DNA of 32,000 nucleotides from Candidatus Methylomirabilis oxygeniifera (GTDB taxonomy: Bacteria > Methylomirabilota > Methylomirabilia > Methylomirabilales > Methylomirabilaceae). The position numbers and the translations under genes are program-made. Shown here piece after piece: positions 8,547-18,200 of the stretch. The first letter of the stretch is position 1. Each line of letters starts with the position of its first letter. The stretch lies in assembly GCA_000091165.1 (NCBI GenBank), contig FP565575.1, forward strand, positions 2,070,001 to 2,102,000, read 5' to 3'. The notes beneath the pieces are model-generated. The model saw nothing but the letters and a program-made list of their open reading frames with translations, ran no database searches and was not told the DNA's origin.

Positions 8547-9752
8547 ATGACGCTGGCAGGCAAAAAGATTGTGCTGGGTGTGACCGGGAGCATCGCCGCC
8601 TATAAGGCTGTCGAGCTGGTGCGGGCGCTTACTGCGGCGGAGGCCAACGTCCGGGTCGTCATGACCGCCTCGGCCCAACGCTTTGTGACCCCCCTGACAC
8701 TGGCCACGCTCTCCCGACAAGCGGTACTGACCGACCAATCGGCTTGGGAGGCTCAGATGCCTCACCTCACCGTAGCACGCAAAACCGATCTGCTCCTCGT
8801 CGCTCCGGCCACGGCCGGCCGGATCGCCAAATTTGCTCATGGGCTCGCCGACGATCTGCTGAGTACCCTCTTTCTGGCCTGCACGCGGCCGGTGGTCCTG
8901 GCACCAGCCATGGACGCGGAGATGTATCGCCACCCCGTCGTCCAGGACAACCTGGCGCGGCTACGGAGCTGGGGAGTTCGGATTGTCGGCCCTGCAACGG
9001 GGGAGTTAGCCTCGGGAGTATGGGGTCCAGGCCGGCTGGCCGAGATCAGCGAGATTGTGCACACCGTCGACGAGATACTCGGTCGGCAGCGCGATCTCAG
9101 CAACGAGGTGGTCCTGATTACTGCCGGCCCGACGCACGAGCCGCTCGATCCGGTCCGCTACCTGACTACCCGCGCTTCCGGCAAGATGGGGTATGCCTTA
9201 GCGGAAGAGGCGGTTATGCGAGGCGCACGCACAATTCTGATCAGTGGCCCGTCCTCCTTGGCGCCACCCCACGGCGCGGAGTGCATCGTGGTCGAGACCG
9301 CCCTGCAGATGCGCACGGCGGTGCTGGATCGGCTGGCTGAGTCGACGGTGATCATCAAGGCCGCCGCAGTCAGTGACTACCGCCCGACTCACCCGGCCGA
9401 GTCAAAGCTCACGAAATGCGATGCGCCCATGATGTTGGAGTTAGCACCAAATCCGGACATCCTGCGCGAGATCGGCACACAGAAGGGGGCGAGGATTGTG
9501 GTCGGTTTTGCGGCGGAAACCGGTGAACTTGTGCAACGGGCTCGCCACAAGCTGTCAACCAAGCACCTCGACCTGATCGTGGCGAACGACGTGACCCAAG
9601 AGGGCGCCGGTTTCGCCTGTGAGACCAATCGAGTGATCATCCTCGATCCGGATGGAGGGGTCGAAGAGCTTCCGCTGCTTCCCAAGCGGCTGGTGGCGCA
9701 ACGGATCCTCGATCGCGTAGTGAGCCTGCGGCAACAGAAAAATAGGGTATAG
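8547..9752 (+). CDS. coaBC: Bifunctional phosphopantothenoylcysteine decarboxylase / phosphopantothenate-cysteine ligase
   Basis: 401 aa. N-terminal flavoprotein motif GKKIVLGVTGSIAAYKAVELVRAL; PAMDAEMY; CoaB half ITAGPTHEPLDPVRYLTTRASGKMG and AAVSDYRP. Confidence 0.9.
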   Translation: MTLAGKKIVLGVTGSIAAYKAVELVRALTAAEANVRVVMTASAQRFVTPLTLATLSRQAVLTDQSAWEAQMPHLTVARKTDLLLVAPATAGRIAKFAHGLADDLLSTLFLACTRPVVLAPAMDAEMYRHPVVQDNLARLRSWGVRIVGPATGELASGVWGPGRLAEISEIVHTVDEILGRQRDLSNEVVLITAGPTHEPLDPVRYLTTRASGKMGYALAEEAVMRGARTILISGPSSLAPPHGAECIVVETALQMRTAVLDRLAESTVIIKAAAVSDYRPTHPAESKLTKCDAPMMLELAPNPDILREIGTQKGARIVVGFAAETGELVQRARHKLSTKHLDLIVANDVTQEGAGFACETNRVIILDPDGGVEELPLLPKRLVAQRILDRVVSLRQQKNRV

Positions 9753-9779
9753 GGTGTAGGGGTTAGGGTATTAGGAGGC
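9744..9779 (+). repeat. Second AGGGTRT heptamer repeat / G-quadruplex-type motif
   Basis: AGGGTATAGGGTGTAGGGGTTAGGGTATTAGGAGG. Four G3-4 runs span 9745-9768. The repeat contains the coaBC stop (9750-9752), and its last unit forms the AGGAGG SD of the UDG gene. Confidence 0.9.
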
Positions 9780-9784
9780 GCAGT

Positions 9785-10519
9785 ATGATTGAAATCGCCG
9801 GTCCCGAGATTGACGAGCTTCGCGAGCTGATCGGTCAGACACGCGCCCACGTTCGCAGGCAGCAACGCTTGGGTGTGGAACGTCTGTACGTCGCGTGGCC
9901 TGAACGCGCGGAGGGGCTTCCTGAACCATCCCCGACGCTTACCAAGGTGCGGGAGACGGTGGGGGAGTGCACGCGGTGCAAGCTGCACAAGGATCGGAAG
10001 CATATCGTGTTCGGGATCGGGAACCCGAAGGCCTGGCTGGTCTTCGTTGGGGAGGCGCCAGGGGCGGATGAAGACGAACAGGGCGAGCCGTTCGTCGGAC
10101 GAGCCGGACAGTTGCTGACCAGGATCATCGAGGCGATGAAGCTGACCCGCGAACAGGTGTATATCTGTAACATCGTGAAGTGCCGGCCCCCGGCCAATCG
10201 CAACCCGGAACCGGATGAGATCGCCGCCTGCGAGCCGTTCCTGGTCGCACAGCTTCAGGCTATCCGGCCGAAATTGATCTGCGCGCTGGGCACCTTTGCG
10301 GCCCAGACGCTCCTGCGCACCAGGGAGCCGATCTCGAAACTACGTGGGCGATTTCACGACTATCATGGGATCCTGGTCCTGCCCACCTTCCATCCCGCCT
10401 ATCTGCTGCGTAACCCGCACGAAAAGAAGACGGTCTGGGAGGACATGAAACTTCTGATGCGGGAGTACGAGCAACTCGGTAACACGCGGCCTCTCGCCTC
10501 AGCGCCAGAATTCTCTTGA
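9785..10519 (+). CDS. udg: Uracil-DNA glycosylase, family 4
   Basis: 244 aa. Motifs: [42 protein letters not shown]. Confidence 0.85.
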   Translation: MIEIAGPEIDELRELIGQTRAHVRRQQRLGVERLYVAWPERAEGLPEPSPTLTKVRETVGECTRCKLHKDRKHIVFGIGNPKAWLVFVGEAPGADEDEQGEPFVGRAGQLLTRIIEAMKLTREQVYICNIVKCRPPANRNPEPDEIAACEPFLVAQLQAIRPKLICALGTFAAQTLLRTREPISKLRGRFHDYHGILVLPTFHPAYLLRNPHEKKTVWEDMKLLMREYEQLGNTRPLASAPEFS

Positions 10520-10572
10520 CGATCCGATCGAGATAACACAATTTAATACACAATACTCGAAGGAGGTGTGAC

Positions 10573-10902
10573 ATGTTCAAGCCTGGATGGTACACGTGGT
10601 GGTACGGCGGCGTCATGACCTGTCTTGCGACCGCCCTATTTCTCTTCCTGTCAGCTTCGGCTGACGCCGGTCTGGTTTCCGGACGCGTCAATGATGCAAA
10701 AGGGACATTTCAGTCCGGAGGAAGTTTCCGCGTAAAAGATTCATCCGGCAAGGTGATCAAAGATTCCGTGAAAACAGATGAGTCGAAAGGGTATAGTCTC
10801 TTCCTGCCTCCCGGTATCTACACGGCGGAGTTCAGCGATGGCAGAAGCGCAGTCATTCAGAGCCATCCGGAGCCGATACGGCAGGACATTCAGTTAAAGT
10901 GA
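10573..10902 (+). CDS. Small secreted protein with a carboxypeptidase-regulatory-like (Ig-like) fold
   Basis: 109 aa. Strong SD (GAAGGAGG), a signal peptide (LATALFLFLSASADA), and then a GRVNDAKG...KTDESKGYSLFLPPGIYTAEF pattern. Confidence 0.6.
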   Translation: MFKPGWYTWWYGGVMTCLATALFLFLSASADAGLVSGRVNDAKGTFQSGGSFRVKDSSGKVIKDSVKTDESKGYSLFLPPGIYTAEFSDGRSAVIQSHPEPIRQDIQLK

Positions 10903-10917
10903 GTGCAGAGGAAGGCC

Positions 10918-11892
10918 ATGCCACCCGATCATGAAGGGGGTTTCAGTCGCGTCCTGCACGTGATCGATACCATAGCCAAACTTGCCACGCCGGTAGCGGT
11001 GATTATCGCGGCATGGGTAGGCGCTCGCCTTGCGAACTCTTTCCAGCAAAGAATGGCGGAAACTACATTGCACAGTCAGCGACAGATTGCGGGCACTACC
11101 CTGCTCAGTGAGCGGGAAAAGGCCGAGAGCGAGCTGCGGGCCTCCATGTTTAACAGTCTCATCAATCCGTTCGTCGGATCCCAGGGTGGCGAGCAGATTT
11201 CTGCCGATCGGGAACAACTGTTGGTAGAGCTGCTGGCTCTCAACTTTCACGAACACTTTGAACTGAAGCCGTTATTCGAGCGCGTAGATCAGAGACTCGC
11301 CAGGGAAGGAAAGCTGGAGGCGCGTAGCGCGTTAAGGTCGATTGCCGATCGAATTATCGATCGGCAGACAGCCGCGCTGAGCAAGGAGGGGAGTAGTAAC
11401 AGCTCAACAGGGGATGGGGCGAGGATTGACGTGTTGACCATTACCGAACCGCCGCGAGCCCCCGGCCAGAAGGCGGTGTTTGAGTTGCTTGCAGCCAACG
11501 AGCAACGACCGTTTCAGATTGTTGGAACATTGAAGGAACCGATCGAGGATCTGAAATCGCCCGATGGAGCCCAGAAAGTCACGATCGTCGTCGATGACGC
11601 CGATTGGGCAAACCAGAAGTTTAAGATCCAATTGCTTATGGTCGGCACCAAGTCCGGCTTGGTGAACTCCAATACGGCATTTACGCTCAGCAGGTTCGAT
11701 TTTCCACTGACCGACAATACCCTCTTTTCAGATGGGAACCGCATCGCGTTGGCTGTCTCAAGCATTCGCGTTGATGGGGTGCTCAAGAGTGCGGCTCTCA
11801 AGTTGATCTGGTTCCCAAAAAATTATTTTACGCCGCGGGAGCGGCCGCTGGATTACGCCGAGTTTCTGAAACTGGTAGGAAAGAAAACATAG
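10918..11892 (+). CDS. Hypothetical membrane-anchored protein
   Basis: The ORF track starts it at GTG 10903. ATG 10918 is preceded by GAGGAAGG. There is one N-terminal TM helix (IAKLATPVAVIIAAWVGARLA). I recognise no family. Confidence 0.55.
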   Translation: MPPDHEGGFSRVLHVIDTIAKLATPVAVIIAAWVGARLANSFQQRMAETTLHSQRQIAGTTLLSEREKAESELRASMFNSLINPFVGSQGGEQISADREQLLVELLALNFHEHFELKPLFERVDQRLAREGKLEARSALRSIADRIIDRQTAALSKEGSSNSSTGDGARIDVLTITEPPRAPGQKAVFELLAANEQRPFQIVGTLKEPIEDLKSPDGAQKVTIVVDDADWANQKFKIQLLMVGTKSGLVNSNTAFTLSRFDFPLTDNTLFSDGNRIALAVSSIRVDGVLKSAALKLIWFPKNYFTPRERPLDYAEFLKLVGKKT

Positions 11893-11949
11893 GGTGTTCG
11901 TAGGTATATCATGCCCAGGCGTGACCATAAGAGAAAGGAGAAGTATAGG

Positions 11950-12645
11950 ATGACAAGAAGGGCGCCAGTCTTTGTTGCTATAGTGCTGAGCTTGGCCCTC
12001 ACGGGATGCCGGATGAAGAGCGATATGAATCTCAAGGCTGCCAAGGTAAGCTCCTCAGCCGTCTACTGCCTCTTCGATCCATCCTGTGCGGTAACCGTCA
12101 TCGACAGTAGTACCACTCCCATCCCGATGCAGGCTGGGGGAACGGCTTTCCTTCAGTCCCGCACCTTCACGGGTAAGCCTGGTACACCGGCGAGCGGTCT
12201 GTACGGGTATGAGTACCGGATTGATCTCGAGAAGGCCGTTCAGACCAAGATTCAGGTCGAGGAGCTCGGTGAGGAGATCACGTACATGCCTTGTCTGCGG
12301 TCTATAACGTTTGAGTTCGGTCCTATCATCGATACCTTGGATTACGATAGCGATGGGAAGGCCGGAGACCTGGCCTATGTCGTGACGAGCGGCGGTCCTG
12401 GAAAGATAGGCCTGGGATCTATAGAGCGGTACCACGGCCTGCTTACGTTTATCTTCGACTCTCCCCTCTGCGTCGGAAGTCCCCAGGGTCAGGGCGATAG
12501 TACCTTCGTCTTCGGCCTTGCCTCCGCAAAGCCGCCGAGGTCCGTCGAGTCAACTATCAAGGAGACAGCCGGTTTGGGCGCGGCATCACCAAAGATGAAG
12601 AAAAATATCAAATACAAAGTGCAGGTCCATGCGCCTCAGATTTGA
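11950..12645 (+). CDS. Hypothetical lipoprotein
   Basis: ATG 11950 follows AAAGGAGAAG. The lipobox is VAIVLSLALTGC. The ORF track offers an upstream ATG at 11911. I recognise no family. Confidence 0.6.
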   Translation: MTRRAPVFVAIVLSLALTGCRMKSDMNLKAAKVSSSAVYCLFDPSCAVTVIDSSTTPIPMQAGGTAFLQSRTFTGKPGTPASGLYGYEYRIDLEKAVQTKIQVEELGEEITYMPCLRSITFEFGPIIDTLDYDSDGKAGDLAYVVTSGGPGKIGLGSIERYHGLLTFIFDSPLCVGSPQGQGDSTFVFGLASAKPPRSVESTIKETAGLGAASPKMKKNIKYKVQVHAPQI

Positions 12646-12836
12646 GGCCAGCCATCAGATGACACAAGCACCTGTGGCGATCAGGCAGAAAATCTGATCT
12701 GGCGCAAGACCCAGGCCGACCGTGGACCGGTAGCGAATAACCGTCACCGGTCTACGGTCGGGAAGCCACCTCCAGGCGGTGCTCGCTTTTACTACAGTCC
12801 TTTACAGATAAAGGCCGCCTCAGCTATAGTCCGGGT

Positions 12837-15437
12837 ATGGCCACCAAAGCCGATCATCTTCTCGCCGACATCGTCCTGCCGGTTCCACCACGAAGAGTCC
12901 TGACGTATACTATCCCGCCCTCCATGCAGCAACAGGCGGATGTCGGCAAGCGAGCACTCGTCCCGCTCGGCCCTCGCCTGGTGACCGGATATATTGTCGG
13001 CCTCGACACGTTCAGTGACCAGCGTTCAGCAACCAGCCGTCAGACTTCAGAGCTCAAGCCGATCGACGCAATCCTGGACATCGAGCCGCTTCTGGATCAC
13101 CACATGCTGGATTTGACGCGCCTGGTCGCGGACTACTATATGACGTCGTGGGGGTCGGTGATTCGAACAGCCCTGCCGCCCGGGATCGATCGCAGTACGG
13201 TCCGTACTGTTCAGCTTGTCGAGCCGCAGGACATGGCTCCGCATGCTGTAAGCGGAGAACAGCTCGCCCAGGAGATTGGATGGTTCGACCCCTCTCAGCA
13301 GCAGATACTGACTACACTGCACGCACAACGCCGGATGTCGCTGGCATCGCTCAAACGGCAATGGCCGAACGAACAGGTTGACCGGCTTATCCGGTTGCTT
13401 GTCAGGCACAACCTGGCAAGGATAGAATATCAGGAACGTCTACCCTCAGTTCGGCCCGTCTTCCGACCCTTGCTCAGCCTGGCGGTCGACCGGGCCGCAG
13501 CGGAGATCGAGTTGGCCGCGCTCCGACGCCGGGCACCGCGACAGGCCTCGCTACTTGATCGGCTGTTGCAATCCGGTGTAGCGCTCACGTCCGCAGAGGC
13601 TGCCATCATTGCCGGCGCCTCCGGGATCCGCAGTCTTATCGCGAAAGGCGTCATCCGCCGCACCACGGAGGAGATCGAGCGATCGCCATGGGACGAGACG
13701 ACTATTGTCACAAGCGCCTGGCCGGAACCCAACTCAGCCCAGCACACGGCAATTCACGGACTCCTGGAGGGACTCTCGTCAGGTGCATTTCTCCCGGCGC
13801 TGCTCTATGGCGCAACGGGGAGCGGAAAAACCGAGGTCTATCTCCGGGTCATCGGCGAGGTGGTACGACAGGGAGGGCAGGCGCTGATACTCGTTCCGGA
13901 AATCGCCCTAACTCCTGTCACTGCCGATCGATTCCGCTCCCGCTTCGGCAATCGGGTTGCGTTGTTGCACAGCGCTCTCTCACCCGGCGAGCGGCTGGAT
14001 CAATGGCGTCGCATCAAGCGCGGACTGGCCGACATTGTCGTAGGCACGCGGTCGGCGGTCTTCGCTCCCCTCTCCCGCCTTCGCCTCATCGTAGTCGATG
14101 AAGAGCACGACGCATCCTACAAGCAGCAGGATGAGCCGCACTATCACGCAAGAGACGTAGCATTGACCAGAGGAGAGATGTTGGGAATTACCGTCCTCCT
14201 CGGCTCCGCCACCCCAAGCTATGAAAGCATTCATCGCGCAAAGGAAGGGGCTTATCGACTGTTTCGACTTCCTGAGCGGGTGGAGGACAGGGCGCTGCCT
14301 CGGATGACACTGATCGATATGCGCGAAGAACGCCTGGCCCGGCATGTTTCAGGCCGGAATGCGCGGCGCGAGGCGCAAAATCCCCCCACCCCCCCTTCAC
14401 AAAAGGGGGGCGCGGGGGGATTTGGAGGACGACAGGCGGAGAAGGGGCCGCTTATTTTCTCCAGGCGGCTGGCGGACGCGATCAAGGAGGTACTGACAAA
14501 AGGGGAGCAGGTCCTGCTGTTCATCAATCGCCGAGGCTACGCCAGGTTGTTACTCTGCCGCGAGTGTGGTTTTACCTTGCGGTGTCCGCATTGCAGTGTC
14601 TCGCTTATCTACCATGCGGTGGATAGCAGGATGCGCTGCCACTACTGCGATTATCGAGAACGGCCGCCGGAACATTGTCCTCAGTGCGGTGGGATTGCGT
14701 GTGGATGGCTCGGATACGGAACACAGCAGGTCGAAGCCGCTGCTCGACTCCTCGTCCCGAATGCATCCATCGTCAGGATGGATCGCGACACCACCAGGCA
14801 ACGGCGCGCACACCAGCAGATTCTCGCGGGCGTCCAGCAGAGGCGCACGCAAATTCTTATCGGGACGCAGATGGTCGGGAAAGGACATGACTTTCCCGGC
14901 ATCACGTTAGTCGGCATCCTCTCCGCGGACGCCTCCATGCAGATCCCGGATTTCAGAGCCGGAGAGCGGACCTATGCGCTGCTCACACAGGTGGCCGGGC
15001 GGGCCGGCCGCGGGAACCGCCCCGGCCACGTCATTGTCCAGACCTATAATCCGGAGCACTATTGCATCCTCGCGGCCCGCAATCACGATTATGAAGCGCT
15101 GTACGCGCTCGAGCGGCCGCTCAGAGAGGAGCGCGGTCTTCCTCCCTTCGGCTTTCTTGTCCTGCTCCTGATCACGTCTTCACATGAGGGGCAGGCACAA
15201 GAAAAGGCTGAGCAACTCGCCGGTCTGCTCCTGGAGCGGGCCGTTTCGCCCCTTACTGTCGAGGGGCCGGCGTCGGCGCCGGTGTATCGATTAAAAGGAC
15301 GCTATCGCTGGCAGATCCTCGCCAAAGGTCCTGACCCGAGTGCGCTGCATAACTGGGTCAAAGAGACGATTGCCCTGCTTCCGCCGTCAGGACAGGCCGG
15401 CATCGACATTGATGTCGATCCGGTCGATCTGTGTTGA
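12837..15437 (+). CDS. priA: Primosomal protein N' (replication restart helicase PriA)
   Basis: 866 aa. Walker A (GATGSGKTEVYL), DEEHD, Cys-rich zinc region (CRECGFTLRCPHCSVSLIYH...CHYCDY...CPQCGG), QVAGRAGR. Confidence 0.9.
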   Translation: MATKADHLLADIVLPVPPRRVLTYTIPPSMQQQADVGKRALVPLGPRLVTGYIVGLDTFSDQRSATSRQTSELKPIDAILDIEPLLDHHMLDLTRLVADYYMTSWGSVIRTALPPGIDRSTVRTVQLVEPQDMAPHAVSGEQLAQEIGWFDPSQQQILTTLHAQRRMSLASLKRQWPNEQVDRLIRLLVRHNLARIEYQERLPSVRPVFRPLLSLAVDRAAAEIELAALRRRAPRQASLLDRLLQSGVALTSAEAAIIAGASGIRSLIAKGVIRRTTEEIERSPWDETTIVTSAWPEPNSAQHTAIHGLLEGLSSGAFLPALLYGATGSGKTEVYLRVIGEVVRQGGQALILVPEIALTPVTADRFRSRFGNRVALLHSALSPGERLDQWRRIKRGLADIVVGTRSAVFAPLSRLRLIVVDEEHDASYKQQDEPHYHARDVALTRGEMLGITVLLGSATPSYESIHRAKEGAYRLFRLPERVEDRALPRMTLIDMREERLARHVSGRNARREAQNPPTPPSQKGGAGGFGGRQAEKGPLIFSRRLADAIKEVLTKGEQVLLFINRRGYARLLLCRECGFTLRCPHCSVSLIYHAVDSRMRCHYCDYRERPPEHCPQCGGIACGWLGYGTQQVEAAARLLVPNASIVRMDRDTTRQRRAHQQILAGVQQRRTQILIGTQMVGKGHDFPGITLVGILSADASMQIPDFRAGERTYALLTQVAGRAGRGNRPGHVIVQTYNPEHYCILAARNHDYEALYALERPLREERGLPPFGFLVLLLITSSHEGQAQEKAEQLAGLLLERAVSPLTVEGPASAPVYRLKGRYRWQILAKGPDPSALHNWVKETIALLPPSGQAGIDIDVDPVDLC
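14378..14423 (+). repeat. Nested C/G-homopolymer palindrome inside the priA coding sequence
   Basis: aaatcccccc (14378-14387) pairs with ggggggattt (14414-14423). cccccctt (14390-14397) pairs with aagggggg (14403-14410). The element encodes NPPTPPSQKGGAGGF. Confidence 0.85.
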
Positions 15438-15446
15438 GCAAGCAGC

Positions 15447-15500
15447 GATCAGCCGTCAGCTTTCAACGTCCTTTGCTGACGGCTGATCATTTGTCTTTTG
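15447..15500 (+). terminator. Intrinsic terminator after priA
   Basis: 14-bp perfect stem: gatcagccgtcagc (15447-15460) and gctgacggctgatc (15475-15488). It is followed by ATTTGTCTTTT. Confidence 0.75.
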
Positions 15501-15504
15501 ACCG

Positions 15505-16329
15505 GTGATGTATTACAGTAGCAACGTCATGGCTAAAATGGTGGGCTGGCGAGAGGCTGATTCGTGGCTTCACAAGGGAGAATCCCTGGATGGCCTTGGC
15601 TCTTCCGATCTGAAAGTCATCCAGAGCCTGACGGGTTTCCGCCATTCGATGGATGCGCTATTGCTGGCGCAGTGGGCCGCGCCGCGATCGACCGACCGGG
15701 TCCTTGATCTCGGCTGCGGAAACGGCGTGATCGCCTTCCTGCTGGCTCATCGACATCCGGAGCTTCGCATAGTCGGGCTTGAGGTTCAGCCCGCCTTGGC
15801 CGATCGGGCCAGGCGGGGAGTGCACCTCAACGGGTTACAGGGCCGCATCGAGATCGTGGAGGGCGACCTCCGTCAGGCCAAAGGGCTGCTACCGATCGCG
15901 GGTTTTGATATGGTTCTCTGTAACCCGCCATATCGAGAGTTGGCCAGCGGACGGCTCAGTCCGGATCCGGAGATCCGACAGGCCAAACATGAGTTGACCG
16001 CCACCCTAGAGGAGGCGATTGCGGCCGTCCGATACCTGCTCGCTCCAAAAGGGCGAGCGTGCCTGATCTACCATGCCTCACGGCTCGTCGATCTGCTGAG
16101 CAGTCTCAGGGCCGTGCGGCTGGAACCGAAGAGATTGCGGTTGGTCCACTCTTACCCCGGCGCCGAGGCGGAACTGAGCTTGGTGGAGGCGCGACGGCAC
16201 GGGCGACCGGGACTGCAGATCCTTGCCCCTCTGTTCGTCTATCAGGCACGAGGCGGCCCTTTATCGCCTGACATGGAAGCGATCTATCGCGGTTTGACCT
16301 TGTCTGAAGTTCGGAGTACAGTCGCATGA
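15505..16329 (+). CDS. trmN6: Class I SAM-dependent N6-adenine methyltransferase, tRNA1(Val) m6A37 TrmN6/YfiC-like
   Basis: SAM-binding motif VLDLGCGNGVIA, catalytic CNPPY, downstream QAKHE. The start is uncertain (GTG 15505, ATG 15508 or ATG 15529). Confidence 0.65.
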   Translation: MMYYSSNVMAKMVGWREADSWLHKGESLDGLGSSDLKVIQSLTGFRHSMDALLLAQWAAPRSTDRVLDLGCGNGVIAFLLAHRHPELRIVGLEVQPALADRARRGVHLNGLQGRIEIVEGDLRQAKGLLPIAGFDMVLCNPPYRELASGRLSPDPEIRQAKHELTATLEEAIAAVRYLLAPKGRACLIYHASRLVDLLSSLRAVRLEPKRLRLVHSYPGAEAELSLVEARRHGRPGLQILAPLFVYQARGGPLSPDMEAIYRGLTLSEVRSTVA

Positions 16330-17183
16330 GTCGATACACCATCGCGCTTGCTCAGATGAACCCGGCCCTCGGCGATCTGGAACGCAATCTTGCTCTGCAT
16401 GAAAAGACGGCCGAGGAGGCGATCGGCCGCGGAGCCGGTCTGCTGATCTGTCCTGAATTGAGTCTGACCGGATACTTTCTCAAAGACATCGTCTCATCCG
16501 TAGCCCTTCCCTTGGCCAGTCCCATTCTCGACAGACTCAGAGACTTGAGCCGTCGTATCGATCTTGTGGTCGGGCTGGTTGAAGAGTCGCCCGAACATCT
16601 GCTCTACAATGCCGCCCTCTATCTCTCCAGGGGCGAGATCCGACACGTCCACCGGAAGGTCTACCTGCCCACGTACGGGATCTTCGATGAGCAACGATAT
16701 CTCGCGGAGGGCAGTCGGATCAGAACATTTCAAGCGGACATCGGTCGATCTGCGATCTTGATCTGCGAGGATATGTGGCATCCATCGGTCGCGTGTATTG
16801 CCTCTCTCGATGGGATGGACATCCTCATCTCGCCCTCCGCCAGTCCGGGTCGCGGGGGTCTTGAGGAAGGTCGCACGTTCGCGAATGCCAGAGCCTGGGA
16901 AACGATCAATCGGGCCTATGCCCAGCTCTTTACCTGCTATGTCCTGTACGCGAATCGTGTCGGTTACGAGGATGGCGCCTGCTTCTGGGGCGGCTCAGAG
17001 GTGATCGCCCCATCCGGCGAACCGGTGGCCAAGGCAGAGTACCTCAGCGAGCAGATCCTGATAGCCGAAATCGACTCGGCAGAGGTTCGGCGGGCCAGAA
17101 TAGTGAATCCGCTGCTTCGAGACGAGCGAATGGATGTCACGCTTCGAGAACTGGAGCGGGTAAAGCGAGAGGTGGCCAGGTGA
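16326..17183 (+). CDS. Carbon-nitrogen hydrolase (nitrilase superfamily), likely glutaminase partner of NadE
   Basis: 285 aa. E-K-C triad contexts: [35 protein letters not shown] overlap with the upstream gene and GTGA overlap with nadE. Confidence 0.75.
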   Translation: MSRYTIALAQMNPALGDLERNLALHEKTAEEAIGRGAGLLICPELSLTGYFLKDIVSSVALPLASPILDRLRDLSRRIDLVVGLVEESPEHLLYNAALYLSRGEIRHVHRKVYLPTYGIFDEQRYLAEGSRIRTFQADIGRSAILICEDMWHPSVACIASLDGMDILISPSASPGRGGLEEGRTFANARAWETINRAYAQLFTCYVLYANRVGYEDGACFWGGSEVIAPSGEPVAKAEYLSEQILIAEIDSAEVRRARIVNPLLRDERMDVTLRELERVKREVAR

Positions 17184-18001
17184 TCGCTCCCTCCCTGCAT
17201 TGCGAATTCGTCCAAAAGATTCTGACCGGGTTTATTGGCAATGAGGTCCAAAAGGCCGGTTTCAGCCGTGTCGTGATCGGGCTTTCCGGCGGGGTCGATT
17301 CGGCGCTATCCGCATATCTCGGGGCGAAGGCCCTTGGGGCCGAGAATGTCTGGGCCCTCCTGATGCCGTACAAAACCAGCAGTCCGGAGAGTCGAGAGCA
17401 CGCTGAGCTGGTCGTGAAGCAACTCCGCATCCAATCGGACGTCATCGACATCACACCGATGGTAGACGCCTACTTCGAACGTTTCCCAGAGTCGGATCAC
17501 GTTCGCCGGGGCAATAAGATGGCCCGCGAGCGGATGACGATCCTTTTCGACCATTCCGCTAAGCTGAAGGCGCTGGTTCTCGGCACCAGCAACAAAACGG
17601 AACTACTGCTGGGGTACGGCACACTGTATGGCGATATGGCCAGCGCTATTAATCCCCTTGGCGATCTGTACAAGACCCAGGTTCGGCAACTGGCTTGCTA
17701 CATGGGTATCCCGGAGGCTATCGTCCAAAAGGCGCCCAGCGGGGATCTCTGGGTCGGACAGACCGACGAGGCGGAGCTTGGCTTTAGTTACGAGGAGGTC
17801 GATCGGGTTCTCAATCTGATGGTAGACCGTCGTTACGAAATCCCTGAGATTATTGCTGCCGGCTTCGACGAGCGGTTCGTCCGGGCGGTTCTCGCCAAGG
17901 TCCAGGCCTCCCAGTACAAGCGCCGCCCACCCCTTATCGCCAAGATCTCTGCCCGCACGATTGACCGCGACTTCCGCTATCCCCGCGACTGGGGTAAGTA
18001 G
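17180..18001 (+). CDS. nadE: NAD+ synthetase (PP-loop ATP pyrophosphatase domain)
   Basis: 273 aa. PP-loop [26 protein letters not shown]-terminal KRRPP. Confidence 0.85.
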   Translation: MIAPSLHCEFVQKILTGFIGNEVQKAGFSRVVIGLSGGVDSALSAYLGAKALGAENVWALLMPYKTSSPESREHAELVVKQLRIQSDVIDITPMVDAYFERFPESDHVRRGNKMARERMTILFDHSAKLKALVLGTSNKTELLLGYGTLYGDMASAINPLGDLYKTQVRQLACYMGIPEAIVQKAPSGDLWVGQTDEAELGFSYEEVDRVLNLMVDRRYEIPEIIAAGFDERFVRAVLAKVQASQYKRRPPLIAKISARTIDRDFRYPRDWGK

Positions 18002-18200
18002 CGGCGCTATCGGATCCACAGCGGATTCATTCCCCGAAGCTTGCTGCAAGTTCGTTATACCGGCGAAAGCCGGTATCTAGAGAACCCGGAGGATTCCCCC
18101 GTATCCAGTGCGGAGCAGGCGTATTGAGCACGGAATGACTGGCCAGATCCCCTCCTCGACAACGCAGGCCTCACGAACCGGTCGGCGGCGAACCCTTTCC

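Noticed and set aside
13283-13295. GGTTCGACCCC T-loop-like string suggesting a tRNA
   Set aside because: It lies inside the priA reading frame, and no acceptor or anticodon stems can be built around it.
18057-18076. 8-bp stem with a GAAA tetraloop (ataccggc-gaaa-gccggtat) between the convergent nadE and membrane-protein genes
   Set aside because: It may be a bidirectional terminator, but the stem is short and there is no U-tract on either strand, so the evidence is too weak for a feature call.
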